In this document: in pieces, positions 48,931 to 60,400 of the stretch
Numbering within the stretch: the stretch's first letter is position 1
Layout: every line of letters starts with the position of its first letter
NCBI GenBank assembly: GCA_028826165.1
Contig: JAPDFW010000092.1
Span: 62,001-126,000, forward strand
Reading direction: 5' to 3'
Length of the DNA: 64,000 bases
Origin: Anaeramoeba ignava BMAN
Taxonomy: Eukaryota > Protista > Anaeramoebae
Notes under the pieces: model-generated
What the model was told of the DNA's origin: nothing
Databases searched by the model: none
The model's input: the letters and a program-made list of their open reading frames with translations, nothing else
Position numbers and translations under genes: made by a program

Positions 48931-51900
48931 ATGAACAATTTTTCAGAACAAGTTTTAATTTGGATTAAGCAATCTTTAAATCTAAAAGAACTTCCAAATG
49001 AAAATGAAAATGAAAATGAATTTTCAGAAAAAATTTGTGAAGCTTTAAATACAATTTTTCCTAATACAATAAAAACATTTTTAAAGTAATTAACCATTTT
49101 AAAAAATTAAAAAATTAAAAAAATTTTAAAAAATTAAAAAATTTTATTTTTTTAATCAAGTCAAAAACCAGAAATAAATTATCAACATTTTATCAACGCT
49201 TGCAAGGAATTAGGTGTCGAAATTAATGAAAAGAAATTTGAAAAAAATCAAAATTCAAATTTACAATATCAATTAGTCAATGAATATGCATTGAAACTAC
49301 AAGAAAATTTACAATCAAAAAAGAAAATACGCAAAATCGATAAACTTCGATTTTCTGGCAAAAACAACAAAATTCAAACTCGTAAATCTGGACAAATTTC
49401 ATTAGAAAAAGAAGAGCGATCCTTGTTTGTTTCAGAAAACCCAAATCCAAATATAATGAATCAAGAAAATTCAAAAGAAATAATCACAGTTGTGAAACAA
49501 TTGTTTGCATCAGGAAAAGCGTATTTCGATGTGAAAATCACTAATCCTAACAATAGTACCGCAACGCCGGCCATTTTGAAAATTATTGAGAAAAAAATCG
49601 ATATCATTTTCTCTGGCGGAACGCGTTTTACAATTGAAAACAATAGCAAACAAACTACATTTTTGCTTCACAAAATAAAAAATCAAATTTTTAAAATCGA
49701 AAATGTCAACACAGTTATTTATGTTGAATGCAATAACGAATATCAACGCAATATTATCTGGAAAACTATGCTCATGTTCCAGAGATACTCGCTTGATATT
49801 CTTGATCCTTATGAGATCGATAAGACTATTCTTGGCAAAGATGAGGAAATTGATGCTATTGTTCTTTCATATTGCGCAAAAAAACATGCTACTTTCAGTG
49901 TTTTTTGTATAAAACTCAACTCAAAAACTGATAATTCTATTATCCGTATCGAAAAGGATAATATTACAATCAAACCTCATTCTTCCCATTCTTTGATTAT
50001 TCCATGGAAAAATAATAGTATCAAAACTGAGAAAGAACCAAATTCAATAATTCGTTTATATTTTAAACATATACGCTATTTTAGTAAAAAAAACGAGAAT
50101 TTTTTTATTCATTTGAAAAATGGAAATTCTGAAAAAAATTCTGAAAAAAATTCTGAAAATTATTCTTTTATAAGAATTAAATGTTACTCAGATGTTCAAT
50201 GTGATATTATCACAAAATCTCTCAACGAATTCAACAAATTGGATATGAGAGCAAATAATGCAGAAGATATATTCCCATTTGAAGATGATATGATTCAAAT
50301 ATTTTCCCAAGAAAATACACAAAAAAGCACAGAAAGTACTCAAGAAGAAAAAGAAAACGAATCAAAACAATTATTAACAACAGAAAAACTCAAATTAAGA
50401 AAAGATTTCACTGAAGTTAAACTTACGCTTGATAAGGAAAACAAAACCATGCATGATATCATCCAGACAAAATTTCTCAGCGACTTTAAAACTAACGACA
50501 AGATTCCTATCGTGATCCAGCCAAAACCTTTATTCCAGCCTTTTGTATATTCTGAGATTTTGACTTACAAACCAGATCATCAATTTTTCAATGTTCATCA
50601 ATCATTTTCCAAAATTCTGGAAAAAGGAAAATATAAAACAAATGTTTTGATCCAAGAATTTGCTTCTCATCAAGGAGTTCTTGAAATAACCAAGGAAATC
50701 ATCCACTTGAAATCACCACAATACAATATTATTTCTCAACATTCTAATGAAAACCGTATTTTCATTCACTTGTTAAAAATGAATACTTTTGTCTTGCAAT
50801 TTGGAACGCCCTGGAGAAGAATTCCTTTGGTTGCGCCAAATTCATTCACACGCGACTTGATATGCAATACAATCTCAAAATTCTCTCAAATGTTTTTGGT
50901 TGAGACGTTTGAAAAGGAGAATCAAGATCCCTTAGCCAAAAAAAAGGACAAAAACGGTTCTTCTCTACAATTTGGCTCAGCTATATCCGAACTGAAAAAA
51001 AAACTTACTTGCTCAATAGAATGCAAATCTGACAACAATCCTGCAAAGGATTATGACCAAATCCTTTATTTTTCTCATCTTGATTATTTATACTCGAAAA
51101 ATCATAATCTCAAGAAAATCCATAAAGTGCTTCGCATATCTTCAGAATCGCAATCTTTAAGTTCTTATGTTTATCTCGCAAAAGAACCATATAGATCACA
51201 AACAGAAACCGAAATAGAAAGCGAGCAAGATAGCGAAAGCCAATCGCAAATGGATCAAAACGAAACCTCAAATTCCTTACTTTCTTCATTGAATTCGTTG
51301 GAAACCAATTATAAATATACTGATGAATTTGGAAATAATTTGGAAGTTATTAAAAATAATTCAAATGAAAATTCAAACAAAAATTCAAATGAAAATTCAA
51401 ACGAAAATTCAAACAAAAATTCAAACGAAAAAGAAAGCGAAGACTTTCATTTCAATTTTTGTATATTAAGTTCACTAAGGGCTTACGCAGGAATTATTCA
51501 AATAGGTTTTTATAGAGACCACTTCACAATATTTTTCATAAACACACAAATTTCTCGCTATTATTCACCATATTCAAAACTTGTTTTCTCTCCTTTTGAT
51601 GAACTCGACTGCCAATTTTTCATTGATGAATATTCATACATTAATTTTATTTTCCCGAATCAAGAGACAAAGCATCTGTTTTCGAGCAGATTCAAACAGA
51701 AAAAAATGAATTCAATCAGAAATATCAAGAAAGAACCGGTCCATTTGACTTGCACAATCTTGACAAGAAGCGGAAATGCAAATTCGCGGATCATCCTTAA
51801 TTTCAGAACATTCACAATCAAAAGCATGGAAAATTCTGTGAAACAAGAATACTCTGTTTTCTCGCGAATTGAGAAAAAAAGCGAAAAAGAAGTTAATTTG

Positions 51901-52803
51901 TTTATTGATCCTGGATCGTATTTCCAAATTACTTTCTTAACAGTAGATTTTTGCAATAATTTCATTAATAAATTCGAAGAAGCAAAAAACATTTATTTGG
52001 GTCAATGCTTCCAAAAAAATTACCAAATATTTCAAGTCATGATACTTGCCAATCACAAAGCAAAAACATCGGCAACAATTATATTGACACCAGGAAAATT
52101 CACGATAATTTTCGAAGGGTTTCTTCGAGCTTACGGACTTGATACTGAAATACTTCTGAACAAAAACAACAATAAAATTCTTCGTTTTATTTTACGATCG
52201 AGTATTATGATTGATATTGAATTTACTGATGAAAACGAACGCGATAGGTTTCTTCTTTATTACAAAAGGATATGTCTTCATCCAGACACAAAAGATCTTC
52301 CCAAAATCGAAGAGACACAGAAAAAAATTTTTGCCAATTCAAAACATTATAACGTCCGCTTTTTTCTTCAACAACAAACAGCTTATGTTGATGGCCAAAT
52401 ACATCTTTATGGAGACAAGATTCATTTAGTTCCCGAAAAAATGGCTGTTATAAAAAGACCAATTTCAAGGTGTCTTGTTTCTGTTCATTTTTCTGCTATT
52501 TGCGCTTGCAAAATTGAGTTTCCTGCAAATTACGAAGAACATATTATTGCTTTTGAAAATAAAAACCAAAAAGACGCTTTTCTTCAAGATATTAAAGAAG
52601 AAAAACTTAAATCACAAAAAAGAAGTTATATTCACCCTTCAATTCAACATAAAAATCAAACTGAAATTATCCAAAAAGATTTGAATCAAAATGTTCCCAT
52701 TTTTCAATACAATGAACTTGAAAATTCTGTTTTGATCCAAAATCAATTTTCACCTTCAAATGGAAAACAAGAAGAAGTTTTAAAAGATTCATTTCAATTC
52801 TAG
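48931..52803 (+). CDS. Calponin-homology domain + PH-like repeats, about 1265 aa, paralogue of 35325-40660. Exons 48931-49085, 49161-52803
   Basis: VLIWIKQSL..KICEALNTIFPNTIK..NYQHFINACKELGV is CH-like. The block RYYSPYSKLVF..CQFFIDEY is shared with the paralogue. Confidence 0.8.
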
Positions 52804-52932
52804 TTTTTTTCTTTTACTTTTTTTTTTTTGCTTTTTGAATAATTCTTAAATTGAGAACTTATTAAAAGAATTATTTTTTTTTGTTCATTTTTTTTTCTTT
52901 TTTTCTTTTTTCATTTTTCTATTTGAAATTAA

Positions 52933-54300
52933 ATGGCATTTTTTGGTTTTTCTGGAGCAAAAGATACAGGAAATTTTCGTTTAAATATTCAAAAAAACAA
53001 AACTGTTGTGAAAAGTTCAATTACATATCATGGATTGTTTCATGAATACTATTTCCACACTGGAAAACCCGAAACAGAAAAAATCTTATCAATAGAACCA
53101 TTTTGTGGAATAACAAAAAATCTTGAAACACAAGAAAATGAGTATTATTGCTGTTTGGCAACAAAATCGAAATACGATGGTGAAGGAATCAAGAAGTTTG
53201 GAAGACCACTTTTGAATTGTGTTATTGTTCTTGATATTTCTGGATCGATGTCTTGTTCCTTTGCTGGTGATCGAGATCAAACAGAACGTAAATCAACAAA
53301 ACTTGAAGTGGCCAAAAGAACAATTCTTGGACTGGTCAAGCACTTGAAAGATGATGATAATTTTGGAATTGTGATTTTTGATGATTCGGCTGATGAGTTA
53401 ATTGAGTTTAAAAGATATGGAGATATTGATAAAGAAAAAATGAATGAGAAAATCACTCAATTAAGAACAAGAGGAGGAACAAATATGGCTGAAGGATTTA
53501 TTGAGGGTTCTCGGATGATCGATGAATATTTGAAGAAACAAGAAAAGGAAGATGTTCACGAGCACAGAATTCTGTTTCTAACTGATGCGCATCCAACAAC
53601 AGGAGAAACAAGACAAGAAGGTTTATTCTCACTTGCAAAAAAAGCAGCCGCTAAAGGAATATACACAACCTTTATTGGAATCGGAGTTGATTTCAACACA
53701 GAACTTATCGAAGTCATCTCAAAAACAAAAGGTTGCAATTACTACTCTGTCAACTCTTCTTCTGAGTTCAAACGCAGAATGGATACTGATTTCGATTATA
53801 TTATGACCCCAATTGGTTTTGATGTTGTGATAAGAGTTGAAGGTGCAAAGATACTTTCAATATACGGATCGCCTGAATCGGACTCTGCCAAAGATACAAC
53901 AATATCAAAGCTGTCAACCGTTATGCCAAGCAATGTGGATGATAAAGGTGAAACACAAGGTGGTGTTTTGGTTCTCAAAATGGATCCTACTGTTTCTGAT
54001 GGAATTCCTTTTAAAGTTATTATTGAATATAAAGATAAATTCGAAAAAGAATATCAAGAAATCACTTCTGTTTGTTTCCCAACTTTGAATAAGGACCAAA
54101 ACGAGTTGTTTGAAAGTTCTAATGTTAGAAAATCTGTTTTGTTGATTCGCTTGGTAGATCTTATTAAAGATTTTAATAATGATGAACAATCTAAACAAAA
54201 AGCAAGAAATTTTTTGGATCATTTGAAATCTGAGATTCAAATTATTAATGATGAAAAACTCAATCGAGAAGTTGATTTAGTTAATGATCTTTTAAATTAA
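52933..54300 (+). CDS. von Willebrand factor A domain protein, 455 aa, intronless
   Basis: MIDAS motif VIVLDISGSM, plus GGTNM, RILFLTD and FIGIGVDF. Confidence 0.9.
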   Translation: MAFFGFSGAKDTGNFRLNIQKNKTVVKSSITYHGLFHEYYFHTGKPETEKILSIEPFCGITKNLETQENEYYCCLATKSKYDGEGIKKFGRPLLNCVIVLDISGSMSCSFAGDRDQTERKSTKLEVAKRTILGLVKHLKDDDNFGIVIFDDSADELIEFKRYGDIDKEKMNEKITQLRTRGGTNMAEGFIEGSRMIDEYLKKQEKEDVHEHRILFLTDAHPTTGETRQEGLFSLAKKAAAKGIYTTFIGIGVDFNTELIEVISKTKGCNYYSVNSSSEFKRRMDTDFDYIMTPIGFDVVIRVEGAKILSIYGSPESDSAKDTTISKLSTVMPSNVDDKGETQGGVLVLKMDPTVSDGIPFKVIIEYKDKFEKEYQEITSVCFPTLNKDQNELFESSNVRKSVLLIRLVDLIKDFNNDEQSKQKARNFLDHLKSEIQIINDEKLNREVDLVNDLLN

Positions 54301-54457
54301 TTCCATTAATCAAAAAAAAAAAAAGTGGAACAAGTTTTTAAAAAATATTGAAAAAGAATTTAAATCAAAAAATATTATTAAAAAAAAAAAAAGAGAAATA
54401 AAATTCTATTTAAAAAAGTTTTTTTTTTAAATTTTTTTTTCATTTTTTCTTAATAAA

Positions 54458-57400
54458 ATGGATTATTCAAAACTTATAAAACTTCCAAAACAAGAAGTTG
54501 CAACAATTTTTAAAGATGTATTAATAAAAACCAAAATAAAAACTAATATAAAAACTAATTACTTATTATATAATTCTTTTTTCTTATATTTTTTTTTAAT
54601 AAAATGATGTAATTTTAATTTAAATTTAAAATAAAGTCTCCTCATGAAATAGAATCATTTCTTGATTATTTAACTTCAAATGAAGATGAGAAAAGTTATG
54701 ATTTGATTGATTGGCTTGATTGGTTAATTTCTGGTGGTGAAGAACCTAATCAATTTTTTGATTATTTAAAAGATCTAGCAGCAAAAAATACAGGAGTTTG
54801 TGGGAAATCATGGGAATCTGGTATTTATTTACAAAATTCAAATCAAAATTCAATTCAATTCAATTCAATTCAATTCAATTCAATTCAATTCAATATTAAA
54901 ATTCAATTCAATATTAAAATTCAATTCAATTCAATTCAATACAATTAAATATTAAAATTCAATTCAATATTAAAATTCAATTCAATTCAATTCAATTCAA
55001 TTCAATTCAATTCAATTCAATTCAATATAAAATTATTCAATTCAATTCAAATAAAAATTCAATTCCAATTCAATTCAATTATTAAAATTCCATATTAAAA
55101 ATTCAATTCAATTCAATTCAATTCAAATTCCAATTCAATTTCAATTTCAATTTTCAATATTAAAATTCAATATTCAATTAAAATTTCAATTCAATTCAAT
55201 TCAATTCAATTCAAATAAAATTTCAATTCCAATTCAATTCCAATTCCAATTTCAATATTAAAATTCGATATTCAATTCAATTCCAATTCAATTCATTCAA
55301 TTCCAATTTCAATTCCAATTTCATTTCAATTCAATTCAATTTCAATTTCAATTCCATAAATTTCAATTCTTCAATTCAATTCAAAATTCCAATTTCAATA
55401 AAAATTCAATTCCAATTCAATTCAATTATTCAAAATTCAATTTCAATTCCAATTCAAATTCAATTCAATTTAAAATTCAATTTAAAATTCAATATTCATT
55501 CCAATAAAATTCCAATTCCAATTCCAAATTCAATATTCAATTCCAATTCCAATATTAAAATTCAATTCCAAATTCAATTTTAAAATTCAAAATTCAATTC
55601 AATGTCAAAAATTCAATTCAATTCCAATTCAATTCAATTCCAATATAAAAATTCCAATTATTAAAAATTCCAATTCCAATTTCAAAACCAAAATTCAATT
55701 TCAAAATTCAATAAAATTCAATTCCAATTTCAAATTTAAAATTCAAATTAAAATTCAATATTAAAAATTCAATTCCAATTCCAATTCAATTCAATTCAAT
55801 AAAAAATTCAAAAATTCAATTCAATTCAAATTCCAATTAAAAATTCAAATTAAAATCCAATTTACAAAAATTCAATTCAAATAAAAATTCAATTCAATTT
55901 CCATTCAATTCAATATTCCATTCATTCAATTTCCAATTCAATTCAATTCAATTCAATTCAATTCAATTCAATTAAAATTCAAATCAAATTAAAATTCAAT
56001 TCAATTCAATTCAATTCAATTTAATTCAATATTAAAATTCAAAAAAAATTCAATATTAAAAAATTCAATTCAATTCACCAAAATTCAATTCAATATCAAT
56101 TCAATTCAATATTAAAATATTAAAATATTAAAATATTAAAATATTAAATGTTTTGTTTTCATTTATTAATAGGAACATTATTTTATCAATGTAGAACATG
56201 TGGTTTAGATCCTTTTTCAGCTATTTGTGTTGATTGTTTTTTAAACGGAAATCATGAAGGACATGATTATTTCTCTTGTAGATCAGGATTAGGAATGTGT
56301 GATTGTGGTAATTATATATGAAATACATGAATTATTTTGAATAATTTAACTAAAATAATATTTTTTTTTATTTTTTTATATTGTTTTTAGGTGATTCTGG
56401 TTCGTCAATTTTATCCATTTTCTTCAATTTAATTTAATTCAAAATTTAATCCAATTTAATTTAATTCAATCCAAAATTTAATTCAAAATTCAATTTAATT
56501 TAATCCAAAATTTAATTTAATTCAAAATTTAATTCAAAAATTCAATTGAAAAATTTAATTGAAAAATTTAATTCAAAATTTAATTCAATTTAATTTAATT
56601 CAAAATTTAATCCAATTTAATTGAAAAATTTAATTCAAAATTTAATTGAAAAATTTAATTGAAAAATTTAATTGAAAAATTTAATTCAAAATTTAATTTA
56701 ATTTAATTTAATTTAATTTAATTATAGAGGCTTGGAATCCAAAAGGATTCTGTAAAAATCACAAAGGAAGACCAGAAAATCCAGAAACAATAATTCCTGG
56801 AGAACTTAGAGCAAGAATAATATTTTCTGTGAAAGGAGTTCTCAAATATCTTATGAGAATAATAGAAGAAAGAGCACAAGAATGTTTCACACTAAGTGAA
56901 TACAACACAGATCTAAATGTAGACACTATTGTGACTAAATTTGGAGAACTTTCGCAACTTTTGGAAAGTCACCGCTCAAATTCTTTATGCATTAAAATTA
57001 TCAGATGGTTAACAAATATTATGGAGCTTGGCGATGGAACACTAAGAGTCGCAACTCAGCAATTTTATCAATTAAATGTCGAAAGTGAATTGACTATTTA
57101 TGGATATAAATCTAAAGAAACTTCTTTGCTCGATCCACTTACAATCCAAGAAAAAAAGAAAACGGTTAAAAAAATTGAAAGATGGATCATCAATGCAAAT
57201 CAAAAAGAAATTATCCAAAAACAAATCATTGAACAGTCAATTGATCCAAAAGATGAAAAAATCGAAGAAGAAGTCAAAAAACCACAATCTGCTCTCCAAA
57301 CTTTTATCAATTTTGCGCAATTCGAAAGAGGCAAAATGTACGTTGAAATTAAGAAATTGCTCTATAAAGCTTTGACAGATCTTAAATTTAAAGAGCAATT

Positions 57401-60400
57401 TGCAATCTGTTTTCTGAAAGCATATCCCGAATTTATGAAGAGATCCATCTTAGTTTTTGAAAAAGAAGAAATGGAAAACAATATCACTGAATTCTCTGCT
57501 CAATTATTCACATTGACATCCTTAATCCCGACTTTTTGCGAACGGGATCATCTTCTTGAAGTTTTAATTCAAACATTAGAAATGATATTTCGGATGGCGC
57601 TAATTCCCCATCCTTACGATTCCAAAAAAACCAAATTCATCATCGATTGCGAAAACAGGCTTATTAGAGATCGTCAAGCTTGGTACACATCGGAAGATTT
57701 CCAATATTCAATCACAAAACTCGCGGGATCAAATTACATGATGATGAAAAATCAAAGTGTTTTTGCAAAACTTTTGAAGGTGTTCCGATACATCCAGGGA
57801 ATCAACCCTATCAAGAGAAAGCAAAGAGAGCATGTTATGTTTGAATCCCGATTGTGGGTTTCAGCATATACAATTGAGGTATTTTTATATCCAATTGTCG
57901 ACAAACTGGAAATCGGGTTTGCCAGTGGTGAAAATGTTGTTGATCCGCATATTTCCAAAGAAAAGGCCCTAATACCTGGCCCTATTACTGATAATCTTCT
58001 TGCAAAAATCAGAGGCATTATTTCTTTGTGTCTCCGAGAGATATTTGATTGGGCAAGTGAGAATAACGAAATTTATTCTGATCTTGATGAAAAAATAGTG
58101 GATGTGAAGGCGCCATTGGAATATCCGTTTAAATATCATAGAATCAAGACCTTCAGTTACGATGTAAGTGCCAAGCCTGTTTCTATGCATTTCCCCTTGC
58201 ATCGAATACTCTCGGCTTTTATTGCACGAGCAACAACACATTGGGGAGTTACACTTGAACAAATTTTCAGCATTCCAAAAATTGAAGATGAATTGATTGA
58301 TAACAAAAATATTGAATTAAATGAAAAAGATAATCAATTAAATAATAATGATAATCAATTAATTGAAAAGAAAAGTATTGGATTAAATGAAAAAGACAAT
58401 CAAATAATTGACATAAAAAACCCAAAAAACCTAGTAATATTACTCACACACATTACAAGACTACAAGCGGTTCTCGGCCAGATTTATATCGGTATTTGGG
58501 TCAGAAACGGCCAGTCTATTACTCATCAAGCAAATTTGCAACGCAATCCAATGTTCTCCACATTCTGCATTGATAGAGACATATTTTTACTTCAAACAAT
58601 TGCATGTCTACTTGAACCAGTTGATTTCATCACAAACACAATCGCTTGTTTCGAAGTTTTCGATTGGTTCCAGTTAGACAAAAAGAAAGTTGCAGGACAA
58701 GAAGACGAAAAAGATTCGATTAGCGATGAGGAAGTTATGGAGATCATGTCTCATATTCTTCCATCTGCAGAGATTTCTGTTCTTCCTGAAGAAAAAAAAC
58801 TTGAATTGATGGAAATTATCCGGAAGCAATACAAATCGCGATCCAAACAAAAACCGGATGAAGATTTAATCAAATTGAAAAACAATTACGTGTACCATCT
58901 TCTCAAGCTCTTCATGTATATTGTTATTGATCGCAGTTTGTCAGGAAAAATGACAAAAAAGGATATCTTGCGCAGAGAAATCATCCACATTCTTTGCGAA
59001 ACGGATCTGACCCACAGCGAATTAGTGCGCAGAATCCCCAAGTCGATGCATGAAGATGTTGATATCAGCGAAATACTCTACGAAGTTGCGGAACAAACAG
59101 GTCCGCAAGATGAATTTGTTTTGCGCAAAAATTTCTGGAAAGAATATGAAGGCCACTATTTTTTGCACTACACAAATTCGCAAGTCCAAGTTTCCGAAGA
59201 GCGATATTTCGACTATCTAAACAGCGAGAACAGGACGCGGCAAATCAAGCTTCCTGTTCATGTTCCCCTTCCAAAATTCAGAGAGACAAACCCAGCATTT
59301 AAAGTATTGCCTCGCGTTATTTCTTCCCATATGTTCCACACAATTCTGTTTACAATTCTCCACAACGCAGTCGCGCAAAACGCACGCACATCGGATCTTC
59401 TTGTTTTAATAACCCTCCATTTTGTCCATCTTTGTCTCGAGCTCGATCCAGTGTATATCGACGATGAAAATCAAGACTCCCAATCTATTATTCTTGAAAA
59501 TGATCCAAATGACGAGAAAATTGTTGCCGAAACATTTACCGAAATTTCTTTCCCAAGTGCTTCAAGTTTCGTTAGAAATTCCTGCCATATGATCAATACT
59601 CTCAATGGCGAGGAGAGCTTTGTCTCGTTGATTGTCGCCTTGTATAACAATCCTGACCAGAAAGACAATATCGAATTATTGAAACAAATTTTGAAATTAT
59701 TTTCTCAAAAAAATTCTCAAGCACAAAAAATTATTGCAAATGAAATTCCAGATTTCCAGAAGAAAATCATGAATCCCGACTGGGAAAATACCCAAAAAAT
59801 GATACAAGAAAAACAACGCCTTTTGATGCAACAATTTTTGCAAAAACAAAAAAACTTCCAAAAAAGCAATCAAGATGAATTAAATTCGCTTGACAGCACC
59901 AATGATTTAAAGGAATTAGAAAAATCAAAAGAAGAAAATGACAGAGAAGATGATTCGTATGATCCAAGTGAATCCAGCGGCGTTTTTGATCCAGACTTTT
60001 CGCGTCTCGGATATGAAAAACAGGTTTCATCAATCAAATGTGTTTTGTGCAGAGATTCCATTTCTCATATTGAAAAGCCTCTGTGTTTAATTTCCTTGAT
60101 ACAAAATTCCCATCTTTGCCGCATTGCACAAACACAATTTGAAAATTCAAATCAAATTCTCCGCGAGAAGGACGACACGCAAAAGCCCAAAGAAGAAAAG
60201 CAAATTCAATCGGAAAAAATTGAATTCAAAGAAGAAGATCAAGAATCAAAAGAATTTTTCCATCAAGAAAAACTCCCAGAATACTTTTTATCGACTTGCG
60301 GACATATTGTGCATTATGACTGCTATCAAAATTACTTCAACTCAATAAACAGGATGTATTCGTTAGGAAATAGTTATCTTGGATCAAATTCAACAGACAT

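Noticed and set aside
16186-52803. Functional cytoskeleton/Ras gene cluster (actin, cofilin, CH proteins, Ras, RasGEF)
   Set aside because: The genes are interspersed with unrelated housekeeping genes and these families are often large in amoeboid genomes, so co-location is probably chance.
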